A stretch of DNA of 64,000 bases. It comes from Babesia bigemina (Eukaryota). The notes under the pieces were generated by a model. That model saw only the letters and a list, made by a program, of their open reading frames with translations. It did no database searches and had not been told where the DNA came from. The DNA lies in assembly GCF_000981445.1 (NCBI RefSeq), contig NC_027217.1:1984001-2048000 (forward strand), written 5' to 3'. Positions 45,601 through 57,115 of this stretch are shown here, piece after piece (positions within the stretch are counted from its first letter, which is position 1; the number at the start of each line of letters is the position of its first letter). Position numbers and translations under genes: made by a program.

Positions 45601-48046
45601 TTTTCGTGTCGCCCAGTGACAGCCCTACTTCCGATGAGTCGAGTTCGTCGTCCGTCGTCGCCCAAGGTTCCGCCGCCTCCACCGCTGCATCTGCCGCCTC
45701 ATCAGCGGACAACCCCGCTGCCAATGGCGGCACTGCAGCGGCGCCCAAACGTGGTCGCAAGCCCAAAGTGACCGAGGCCACAGCCGAAGTTGACGAGGAG
45801 ACCATAACCATGCGCGGCAAGTCCGTGACGCGGTCCTCCTCCATTAAGGAGTACCGGGAATTCATCAAGGCCAACGGCCTGGGCGAGTTGATCAAGACCG
45901 CCGGGAAGGGTATTGTGAAAGCCGACATCTACGACAAGATCAAGCAGCACGTGCCGCCTTCCAGCATTTCTAGCGGTGCCCAGCATGCCGCGGCACCTTC
46001 GCCAGCGGCATCAACCACCAGCTCGCTGGATTTCGGCGTGTCGACAGTGGAGCCTCTGCTCACTCGTAAGGAAGTTGATGTGGATATCTTCGACGACATC
46101 GACGACTTCCGTGCGCGCATGCTGCGTCGCACTGGTCCCGGCGCCTTGCTATCGAAGGCTGGCGTGAAACCCGTGGGCACTGTGAAGCTGCCGGTGCACA
46201 CTCTCGTGGAGGGCCACGACGAGCTGCTCCCCAAGGGCATAATATACGTGCGGGATGTCGAGTTGTTGGAGCGTTTGGCTCCGCTGTTCGAGAACACCAA
46301 GCTCTGTGCGCTGGATATCGAGACCACGGGCCTGGACCACCGCAACGACCACATCCGTCTGCTGCAGATATCAACGCCCGACCAGCCCGCCGTGATCATC
46401 GACGTCTTTAAGGTGTCCTTGGAGGCTATGCGGGAATGCCGCTGGCTGCGTTCGCTGCTGAGCTCCTCCGCCGTGAAGGTTCTGCACAACGGGAAGTTCG
46501 ACATAAACTTCTTGTCCTTCAACGGGCTGCCCGTGAAGGGCGCCGTGTTCGACACCATGATCGCCGCGAAGCTGCTCAGCGCCACGCGCTTCAACTGGAG
46601 TTGCAAGTTGGGCCACGTCGCTGAGCGCTACCTGAACATTGCGCTGGACAAGTCGCAGCAATTTTCCGACTGGACGCTGGAGCCGCTGTTTGAGGAGCAG
46701 CTGATATACGCGTCTCGCGATGCTGCAGTGCTGCTTCCGCTGTACTTCGTGCTGCAGGAGAAGCTGAAAAGCGAGCGGTTGGACTCCATAGCGTCGATTG
46801 AGAACAAGTGCGTGCTGGCGGTCTGCCAAATGGAGCAGAACGGCATCCGCGTCGACCGGGCGAGGCTGGAGTCGCTGCAGCGCGAGCTCAACAGCGAGAA
46901 TGAGGTGGCCATGAAGCGGCTGGGGGAGGCGCTGGGCGTGTCCGGCAACGCCAACTTCAACTACAACTCGCAGCGGCAGATACTGCAAGCGCTGCAGAAC
47001 CTGAACGTGATGGACAAGTCGCGCCGCATGTTGATCCAGGACACCTCCGAGCGAACGCTCGCGCGCAACACCTACCACCCAGCGATAGAGGCGCTACGGG
47101 AGTACCGCAAGGCCAACAAGGCCGTCACGGCGTTCACCGAGAAGATCCCGAACCACATCGACGCCACCACCGGCAGGATATACCCCAACATCAACCAGAT
47201 CGGCGCGGAAAGTGGCCGCTTCAGCTGCGACAACCCCAACCTGCAGCAAATCCCGCGTGACCATAGGTTCCGCGAGTGCTTCGTTGCCGACCCCGGGCAC
47301 AAGTTCGTAATCGCCGACTTCTCGCAGATCGAGTTGCGCATCGCGGCTGACATCGCCGAGGACCGCAAGATGATAGAGGCGTACAACAGCGGGCAGGATT
47401 TGCACGCCCTGACGGCGAGCCTGGTCAAGGGCAAGCCCATCGCCGAGGTGACCAAGGACGAGCGCCAGCTGGCGAAGGCCGTGAACTTCGGCCTGATCTT
47501 CGGGATGTCGCTGGCCGGCTTCCGCAACTACGCCGAGGTGGGTTACGGCGTGCGTCTCGGCATGAACGAGGCTCGTGAAATCTACGATTCGTTTTTCCGC
47601 AACTATAGCGGCATCGCCAATTGGCACGAGCGCATGAAGAACAGCAAGCCGATGTCGGTGCGCACGCTGAGCAACCGCTTGTCCATATTCGACCAGTTCT
47701 CGTTCACGCGTTCGCTGAACTACCCCGTCCAGGTAAGTGTTCACCCTTGATTCGCACAACGCTCGCAGGGCACATCGGCTGATATCACGAAGGAGGCCAT
47801 GGCGCTGCTGGTCGACCGCGTCGAGGCCTTTGGCGGCCGAATGGTGCTCTGCGTACACGACGAGATCATACTGGAGGTGCCGGACGAGCACACCGAGGAG
47901 GTAGGTCGTGGTCGTGCCTTCCGACATTCTATATGCAGGCGCTGCGCGTGCTAGTAGGGACCATGGAGGCCGCTGGAAACAAGTTCCTCCGCTACGTGCC
48001 CTGCGAGGCCGTGGGCTCCGTGGGCGGCAGCTGGGCTGAGAAGTGA
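42675..48046 (+). CDS. PREX: Apicoplast replicase PREX/POM1 (primase-helicase, 3'-5' exonuclease, family A polymerase)
   Basis: Recessed signal plus transit peptide; CPFC...CHRC zinc finger; TEGEFD and MDFD TOPRIM; GATGSGKT Twinkle-like helicase; LDIETTG exonuclease; ADFSQIELR, RQLAKAVNFG, VHDE. Introns 47733-47768 and 47901-47938. Start codon uncertain. Confidence 0.97.
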
Positions 48047-48155
48047 CGTGACTGTAATGCTGTACATTATAACCGCCGTAGCTGTGCGTGCCAGCGGCTT
48101 AACAATTTTCGTTAAAGCTCGTGTTTTGTACAAGTGTGCTCTACATTCTACGCAC

Positions 48156-48512
48156 GTGACAGTGAGATCGCTATGTTTCGCGTTCTCGACGTGAGAGTGA
48201 GATCGCTTTGTTTCGCGTTCTCGTCTTGACAGTGAGATCGCTGTGTTTCGCGTTCTCGACGTGAGAGTGAGATCGCTGTGTTTCGCGTTCTCGACGTGAG
48301 AGTGAGATCGCTTTGTTTCGCGTTCTCGTCTTGACAGTGAGATCGCTGTGTTTCGCGTTCTCGACGTGACAGTGAGATCGCTGTGTTTCGCGTTCTCGTC
48401 TTGACAGTGAGATCGCTGTGTTTCGCGTTCTCGACGTGACAGTGAGATCGCTATGTTTCGCGTTCTCGACGTGACAGTGAGATCGCTATGTTTCGCGTTC
48501 CCGAGGTGACAG
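48156..48512. repeat. 35-bp minisatellite, 10 copies plus a partial
   Basis: Consensus GTGACAGTGAGATCGCTGTGTTTCGCGTTCTCGAC; units start at 48156, 48191, 48226 and so on up to 48471. Confidence 0.98.
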
Positions 48513-48513
48513 C

Positions 48514-50116
48514 TTAGTCGAGCGTGGCCCAGGCGTCCTGCAACGCCTGCGTGATCAGCTGCGCCCTGAGCGCGGTTCGCCAGTCGGACTTTGTGTGTTT
48601 GTCCGGGTGGCACGCTAGCAGCGCCTGCCTGTAGTGCCTCTTGATGGCGGCCTTGTCGGACACGCACGAGGTGACGTCCATGGCTTTCCACGTGATGCCG
48701 CTCCATAGCACCTGCGCTCACATCTGCCGTTTGTAGGCGCCTTACCCACCTGTTTCAGCGTGAATAGGAGCGTTCGGATGTCCTTAAGCTCGCCCGTGCC
48801 TGTGTAAGCCCATTCATCAACCTCCCTCCTGATGAGCAGTTCCTCGCGATCTGCATTCCGTTGATGGGTGACCAGTAGCGCCTACCTGTGTGTTCAGACG
48901 ACATTGGGCCGGTACCTGCATCAATACCACCGTCTCCAGCTACAGTGTTCGCGTCGCTCTTGTGCGCCTCTCTGACGCTGGCCCACGCGGGGAACGACTC
49001 GTCCATCAACGAATCGAACTCGTCCACACCGCCATCTGGCGACACCACATCATCACCCGGTTCTTCTGGGACCGTTACACCACCGTCGCGGGACAGAGGC
49101 GTCAGTTCGTCAAACCACGTGTCCCAGAGTTCCTGCTTAGCTCTATTTTTCGAGCGGTCGGTGCTGGGTTGCGACATGATACGGTCTATTTCGTCAAGCG
49201 ATTCGGAAAATAGCAGCTGTTTATCGTCACTACCAGGTCTCCGCGGGGCATTGGCGTGCATTTTGCGATCATAATCATGTTGGAATTCCCCTGGCGTGTA
49301 TAGCACGGAGCCGCCTGCTCCGCACGGCCCATTACTACTGGCGTTGATTTCATGCGTATTCGGGCCGTTGTTACCGATTGAGCTCAGCCATACATCACCA
49401 AATAGATCTTGCGGTTGGTTGCCTGCGCGTACTGATGCGCCCTGATGGCATTCATCCTGGTTGGAGTCGCGTGCAGGTTTACTCTGGCCACTGGCAACCT
49501 CAACTGTATCCACTGACCAGCCATTATCCCACTCAGTGGCGCAATACGCGCCTTTCTGGTTAGGGTCGCCTACCAAGTCCGTGGTCATGCCGCTACAATC
49601 CGATGATGCGGCACTTCGCTCACGCTCACTGGCATCGACGGATTTGAATGGGTCGACATCGCGGAACCGTGTCGCATCATCGCCCCATTCTCTGAAGAAG
49701 TCGACGCTGCCTTCCAAGTTGACGCTTTGGACACGCTTTACCGGAATGGACGTTGCATCGCTACAGTGGTCGTCCTTCGTCCCTGCCCGTCCGGCGGTCA
49801 GTGTCGCGGCAATACCAAGGTTTCGTAAGAGCTCGTTCAGCGAGTCGCTGCTCGCATCCTGCGCCGCAAAAACGTTGGCATGTTCATGGACTTCGCTTCC
49901 CCTCTCCTCTACGTATGGCGTGGAGTCATTCTGCCCTAAATGGCCGTACACCGACGACAGATCTGCCTGTTTAACCGCGGTCCATTCTGGTTCGCACCTC
50001 GAGCAGGGTGATTTGCTTTCCGCATCCGCATTCCGCCATGCCGCAGCATTACCGACGTAGCACAGAGGATCCTTCGAACGTCGTGCGTCGCTGAACTCAG
50101 CGAAGTAGTCTTCCAT
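48514..50116 (-). CDS. Auxilin-like J-domain protein (3 exons)
   Basis: Exons 50116-48886, 48850-48750, 48711-48514 give VDEWAY...KDIRTLLFTLKQVLW...IKRHYRQALLACHPDK...LQDAW, an auxilin/Swa2-type C-terminal J domain; disordered N-terminus with DPF, DLF and WD motifs. Confidence 0.88.
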
Positions 50117-51022
50117 TGCGCAGTCTGCCTCAACCAGGGCGGATAGGCCGATATCACTAGTGACTCGCTGTCATGGGCACCTATAACATAAAGCTGATCC
50201 TGTCAGCTCCGACGAGGTCACGTCCGACGGCCGGCTTGTGCCGCAGCAGCGCTACTGCTCTCCCATCCTTCCGCAGCATGAGTACGGCGCCGGCCGAACG
50301 CCACCCGCTGAAATGAAGATGTATACGCTGATACGATTATGTGCTGTGCGGAGTGGCGTCGTTATTTGCGGATTGCTCAGTGCCTAGACCTCCCGTGCCT
50401 CAACCGTTGAATCGCGATAGAACGGCCGCGAACTGGCTTACACGGCACAACTCTAAGCGCGATGCTACACAACAGCTTTGTTTCGCAAATTACAATTAGT
50501 GCGTGCTCAGTAGAGTCGGCGGCAGGCTCCGGCTGCCGCGTTTACAGGGTGCAGTACGTGCAACGCCAAGAAATGTATGGCAGCTCGCCGCCATTCAACG
50601 CCGGCATGCCAAAACAGGTTGTACGTGTTTTGACGAGCTTGTGAATCGTATCGCGTGGATTGGTATCGTGTGGCTCCGAAGGCGGAATTTTCTGTCACCC
50701 CTCACCCACTACCGCGCGATTTTTTCATATGCAGGCACACATCGACACTTCCTTGTCCCTTTTCCAGTTTTTCGTCGCCTGTGTACATTAGTCGGCCGCT
50801 GTGCGGCTGTTCTCAGCTATTCTGCGGAGGATTTCCGTCGTCGCGCTGCTGCGACGCGTCTTGGTTCCTTCACGCGGTCCTCAACTTGGAAACGGATGTG
50901 CGATTGTTGAACGTCCCATTATACCGTAAACGGCGTGTTTTCATTGGTTGACCGTGCTACCATGTCTGTGTTTTGCTAGATTGGCTACTTCCCCGGCTTT
51001 CGGGAGATGACATTTAACGGGA

Positions 51023-52688
51023 ATGCTTGTGACCATCAACGTTCCCGATGGCGAGGATCCCGCCAGAGGGACTGAAGGAGTACCTGCGAACGCGTCCAGG
51101 AATGAGAAAATCGAGTACGAGAATGTGGTCAGCCGCCACCGGCGCTACACCGTGGAGTTCGAGCGCACCCTGGCCATCTGTGTGGAGCAGTTCAACAACG
51201 TGCTGAACCGCTTCAATCGCAAGAATTGTGTGTTGCGCTGTTCCAACAGCGCCTATAACCTATCGCTGACTGTGGATCGCCTGGAGTCGCTTCGCAGGGA
51301 GTATGTGGCCTGCAGTTCGTGTAACATGGTCTTGCACTGCCGTGTGACCAGGGAAGAAGCGGCCTCCGAATCGGCAGAAGGAGCGGAGGGCCAAGGTGAC
51401 GCCCGGGATGTGGCAGAGAAGGCGCGCAGGAAGGAGCTCCGCAGCTTCCTGCACCCGGACACCCATCCCGATGGCTCGGTGCATGACATCTTCGTGTACC
51501 CGACGAACAATATCATCCGGCGGTTCCGGGAACGCCGTACGTTGACCACGTTGGTTCGCTCGGACGCGAACATTTCGGAAATGGACAGCACGAACTCCTT
51601 GTCGGACTACATCGTGTACATGGTAAGGGGTCGCATAGAGGAGCAGCCCTTCTTCGGGAGCGTTTTGGAAACTCTTTACGAGGTGGCGTCCTTCCTGCGC
51701 TACAACTTGTACCCTCTGTTGCGGATCTTCAAGATTTCCATCCTGATCACCGTTGTGCAGTGGCTGCTGTTCATAATTCGGCTGGTGTACTGTCGCCGCT
51801 ACCCGGAGGGCATATACGGTACGTCTGGATTCCACGGAAATGGATGCGTGTGGTGTGCTTGTGATGCCAATTGTTTGCTACGTGGCTTTTGCCGTGTCTA
51901 TTAACGTGTTGTACGTATCCCTGTTGCGTATGCCAGGCAGCTGACGCCGTTACGGCCTTCGCGGCCGCTTTCGGCTCCGGGAGCTTACCCGGCAGCGGCA
52001 CTTGTGATCCCGTGGCTGTACGTTAGATGGTGGAAGCTTCCACAAATACACGCAATCGATGCTACCGGCAGTGTCTAATATTTGTTCAGACGAGGGCGCG
52101 GAGCTGTTCGGCGCCTTCAGCGGATCCCTGCTGAAGAAGGACCTGGCTGTGCATCGCCTGCTCAGCTCTACGTTCCTGCACAATTCCGGCGGCCATCTGA
52201 TCATCAGCACGATCATGCACTTCCGCTTCAGTTCCGTGTTCGAGAGCATCCACGGCGCGACAACGACTCTCTCCGTCTACTTCCTGTCGTCGGCGTACGG
52301 CATGCTCAGCACGTGCTGGTCCAACCTGGACATCCTACAGGCTAACGGATTCGCGGGTGACTGGGGAATGGCCGGTGCCCTACTGAGTCGCTACTGTGTG
52401 TTTCCGTATCTGCTGGATCGCGAACACCAGCACATCATTAACGTGTTCGTGAGTCTGATCTGCCTACTGTTCGCGAAAACGATCGGAGCCTCTAGCCGGA
52501 TACTGGTTGTGACCCATCTTCTGTCCGCCTTGGCGGGTTTCTGCCTGGGGACAATGATAAACGGTCGACTCCGCATTGGCCGTTGCTGCGGACTCTCCAG
52601 TCTACTGGTGGATTTTTTTTGCTCGTTCACGCTTCTTTTGTTGCCGATCGGGTCGACCTTCGCCCTGTTTCTGATCCCGACCGAGTGA
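51023..52688 (+). CDS. Rhomboid-family membrane protein, probably catalytically inactive
   Basis: Exons 51023-51818 and 52090-52688; LFGA...HRLLSSTFLHNSGGHL, ESIHG and THLLSALAGF follow the rhomboid pattern; GxSG is replaced by GFAG. Confidence 0.8.
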
Positions 52689-52890
52689 GGGTGTGTCAGG
52701 TTGAGCGTCCTCCTTGTTGGGTTATGGGTGTTGTTCGCAGGCAGTCGGCACACGTTGATCTTGTGTAAAAGGACGCGCGCAAAATGACTGTTTAATATGT
52801 GTATAAATTAGATCTTACAAACGCTGTGACCTTTGCGTAGATCGGCGTCTGCTTCGGCTGAGGGTGGTGTTGTAGGACAATTGTCAGGCC

Positions 52891-55071
52891 ATGGAAACTG
52901 GCCCGGTGTGCGCGGTATCCGGTGCCCCCAATGTGGGCGGCACGTCTGGGAAGGACAAAAGCATCCCTGCGATCGATCTCATAAACGCCGCCGTCGCTAC
53001 CGACTGGAAGCGACTCGAGCGTGTCGCGGCTCCGACCGGCCGCTCCGCCAAAAAGGCTCGCAACGTTATGGCAGACATGGCTTCCGTTTTTTCCTCCAAC
53101 CTCTGGGCCTACATTCAGCCCAACACTGATGTCCCCGCAAACTGCGCGTCGGGTCCGGGGTCAAGGACTGCGGGGGATCAGGGTTCGTCCCCAGCGTCAA
53201 ACACCAGGTCACGTGAGCGGTCTTGCAAGGCTTCAAGGGCTTCCGGCAACGCTTCCAACCACATGGCTATGAAAAACGCTGCTGGAGCACCGGTGGGTAT
53301 GGGTCTTGACCGTCTGTTTGGGAAATCTAACTCGAAAAGTCACCTGTTCAACTTCGGCGATGCGACTTCTAGTCTTGGGTTGAAATCTTCGCTTGACGGC
53401 GCCTTGCTATCGGAGGATCGTTCAGGTGTGGATTCGCAGTATACGACGACCACGCTTGAAGATTTTGAGCGTTTGTCTCCTTGCTACGCGGAATCTGTGG
53501 GGACTGATTTCCCAAGTGACGTGGAGGACCTGAAGCCCACCATGGCAGACTCAGCGCCTCCGAACTCTTTGCATAGCCCGATGAATGCTTTACGGCAAAA
53601 GTGTGAGCAATTCTTTGAGCACCACGGTCTGGTGGTGAAGGTTCGCAAATTACCTGCCGAGGGCAGTGTTAGGCGCCGCGTCAACGGAAATGCCGACTGC
53701 AATGCCAAGGAGGAATTGTGCTACCCCGCCTACCACTTTATATCTCGCCAGCGAGCGCACATGGTAGAGCAGCTGATGCGTTCACGCTCTTTTTTGAACA
53801 CCCGCTATAACAACAGCAGCGAGATGCGCAATGCCTTGTCCCCCTTCCCGCTGATTGAGCTGCGCGATGGTACTGTAAAGCATCTTGAGAGTCTGCGCGA
53901 CGACCTGTGCGACCCGGAGTTCACTGGTATCTTCGTTTCGGTCAGCACCAAGGCGTTTGTCAGCGAGAGCGAATTCGGTCGTGTGCGCCGCACCAAGACG
54001 GTGGCATGGGCTTTGATTGAGCTCCTGACCAGCAACGAGCGCTGCCTGCGTAGTTTGTGGGTTCATTCCGCCATCTCGGCACCGGCCACGACGGCCCTGC
54101 TGAGCGCTCTGCTGCCGTACTCGATGGTTGCAAGCATGGTGGCGTCACCGGGCGCGATTGACGAACGCTACCCAGTGAAAACGTTCTGCGCGTGGTTAAG
54201 CGACTTTGACGCGTTCCCGCGTCAAGCGATGGTCCTCTTGACGAGCCCTGAGCGTTTCGGTCTCATCAAGCACCACGATGCCCCAGATGCTGCGCGGGAT
54301 GCCGCCGGTGGCTCTAGAGGCAACGCGCACCACTTCGCTTCGAATCTAAGCCACATAGACGCGGGCGTGTCAGGGGACCAGTGCTATTGTTATCATGGGG
54401 CAAACTGGAACGACGTCAACCACGTCATCGTGTCTTGTACGGAGCAGCTCATGTACAGCGCGTTACCGCAGTGGGTCAAGCTTGTCCCCGAGCGCACCCT
54501 GCCCGACCTGTTGGACGACCTCGAGCGGATAGTGCTACCGGACGCCGTGTCTTACAACCAGTCCAAGGATAAGGAATCCCCCGCTGCCATCCGCGACGCC
54601 GAGTATGCCGGCCTCTCTCCCCTACAGATCAGGGTATGTCATATGTGCTATGATTTATGCGTGTTTCCCATACATGTATAACGTTATTTGTCGTTCCCGG
54701 TTTATGCGTTCGAATCGCACCAGTGGCTCGTCGGAGGGTACCGTGCAGTGACGGTACCTCCTTCTCGCCTCAGCTGCCGGCACGTGGACTGTCAGTCAGG
54801 TTGCGTGTCGTTTCAAGTTCGTTCCATCACGTGTTCCACATGAACAGTGTTTTTGATTTCGTTTCCTTTTTTAACGCAAACTAATTGTTTTCAGGACGTG
54901 CTGATGTACTTGTACGGCAACCGCTGGAAGAGTCGAGTGAAGCCGGGCGCGCTTAAGCCCATCAAGGAGCAGCACTTCTTGCCGAAGCCGTGCTTCCAGC
55001 AGCCCATCCCAATGTTGGATGAACGGGAGGAACGCCGCAAGCGTCGCGCGCAGCTTGTGAGTCAAGCCTAG
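52891..55071 (+). CDS. Hypothetical protein (2 exons)
   Basis: Exons 52891-54633 and 54895-55071 join in frame (LSPLQIR|DVLMYLYGNRW); coding bias; family not recognised. Confidence 0.75.
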
Positions 55072-55097
55072 GAGTGCTCCTACTATCCTGAGCCCGT

Positions 55098-56518
55098 CTA
55101 GCGTCCGGTGGAGCCGAATCCTCGTTCGCCGCGTTTTGTCTCGTCGAGTTCGGTGGCAATCTGCGCAATGATGAGGCTGGATAGGATTGTATACGGTGGA
55201 TGACGCCAACACAGTGCGAAAAAGCATAAATAAAAAAAAAGAAAAATTCTTAAAGCGAAGAAAAAAAAATAAAAAAGGCTATCACGGATAAACACGATCC
55301 TGGCGGCTATCGGATGCTTCTGATTTCAAAACAAGCCACATCGGGATATCACTCAAGCAAAGGTGCCTCCCGACGCGGCGAAATCCACTCATTATCACCC
55401 GCGGCAGCGCACGCCTAAAATAGGACATAGATACGCGCTTGAATACCGCAAAAGAGTTCAAGACGGCCCCCAAAGCTCCAAAACTGACTTAACATTGTCG
55501 CCCGGCCGCTCTGCCGAGCTCGTCAACTCCGCTGTACCGTAAGTCTCAACACACAACTGAGAAGAAGAATCCCAACTCCTTCAACGATCCAAAGGCAATC
55601 AGAAGGTATCTTTGCAGCGCCGCGTCAAATATCGCGAAATTTTGTAAAAAAACAAAAAAATGTATCGTACAACGGACTACAGAATACCGCACTGTTGACC
55701 CAAACCGCGTTAATATAGCGTATGGTGGTGTCAATTCGAATGCATACATGTACACGTTCTCCGTTGCATACGCCATTAGCATGTAACTCTAAATGCAGTC
55801 ACCGAGGCGGCAGTGCCGCAATCCTCTGCGCAGACAACAGGTCGCGCTGTACGCATCCGCCTCTACATACGGGGCTAGCACACGCATAACGGACTCCCGA
55901 CTAATATGCTAGCACACGCACAACGGACACATACATCGTAATATGCTACCACGATGTAACAACTTCATATGGTGGTCGGCCAAGCGCCTCCATAGCGGCG
56001 TTCCACAAAATTGGGGCCCATGCATCACGTAGCGCATTCAGCAGGGACATGCAGTCCACCTACCTCGTAGGATATCTCCTCGCCGTCGTAGGACACGGCC
56101 TGCACCAGACGGTCGCCCTTCTGGATGGTGTACGGCTCGTCGCGGATGTTGTCGAGCGCCAGGACAATCTCCCCGCGATATGCAGCGTCGATGACGCCGA
56201 CTGCGATGCTGTGCAATCCGCCGATACTGTGCACCCACCTGAATTCGCCAGCCTCAGCGGCGTCTTGGCGATGCTGCTGCGCGGCATCAGCAGCCAGCCG
56301 ACGCTCTTCATGCTGTTGGCGTCGCGGTCTTCCGGGCTGTTCTTCCGGTAGGCGGCGATCTTGATCTTGAGGCCGACGGAATGCGTAGTGTGCGGGGCCA
56401 CGGTCACGGTCTCCGGGCAGAAGAGGTCGAGCCCGCAGTCGCCCGGGTAGAAGGTTTTGTGGTCGGCGTACATGGCGCTGACGTCGGCTCCCATCGGGAG
56501 CAGCTTGATGTGCATCAT
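55098..56518 (-). CDS. dut: Trimeric dUTPase (3 exons)
   Basis: Exons 56518-56239, 56200-56064, 55160-55098: GDCGLDL, PRSS, LANSVGVIDAAYRGEI, GDRLVQ and RGERGFGSTG (motifs 1-5). The second intron is 903 nt. Confidence 0.95.
55278..55612 (-). ncRNA. Candidate structured intronic RNA of unknown family
   Basis: 9-bp terminal helix (55605-55597 with 55325-55317) closing at least 6 hairpins that use G-U pairs only on the minus strand; U-tracts on both flanks. Confidence 0.55.
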
Positions 56519-57115
56519 CCTGCGTAGTTGCAATTTAAAAGAGCTTCTTAGAGGTGTGGTAGTAACGCTGCCTATCAACATGTGCGCACGCTACGGCGCG
56601 TATCGAGCTGGTGTGTCGTTGTGAGGCATCGCCGACCTCATGTCGACTACGTGACTTCAAAACAGACCCGGACACTGCATGCCCTGTCTACGAAAACGGT
56701 TTAGAATTCTAATCACCCGGTGTGTTGTGAATTATGTGACGGCTGCTGTCTTAGGTGGCAGGTGTGGCTGTTGTTACCCTTTTACGCCGGTTTGCGGTGT
56801 GCGAGTCAACGACGTCAATGTCGCTACCTGTCCATTCGAGTTTGCGCGCACCAATACGCTCCATAGACGTGATTAGACATATATGTGACGATCGCTGAAG
56901 GGATCTTCTGCATCAGACGTCGTCCTTCCGCTGATGCGCGTTGCCTTCTGGGGACGCACTAGACACCGCTGCTCAGGCTGCCGCGGCACCTCGACCACAT
57001 AGCGCTTACCTGTAGCTCCACTACAGCATATCGTGTTAGATTTTACTATCACGGTAGTTTCTGACGCACCTAGGCCACGGAATCGCGGCAGAGCGCATCG
57101 GCACGTCGCGCCAGA

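Noticed and set aside
42675..48046. Primase-helicase-polymerase fusion as a novel or mobile-element replicase
   Set aside because: This is the well-known apicomplexan PREX; no integrase or terminal repeats.
47951..48721. 256-aa repetitive ORF, and the idea of a CRISPR array
   Set aside because: The ORF only reads through the 35-bp minisatellite; units are contiguous with no spacers, and there are no cas genes in this eukaryotic window.
54700..54730. tRNA gene
   Set aside because: Only a T-arm-like hairpin; no acceptor, D or anticodon arms.
55413..55424. CCTAAAA as a telomerase RNA template
   Set aside because: Less than one full repeat, no alignment region, and on the strand disfavoured by G-U pairing.
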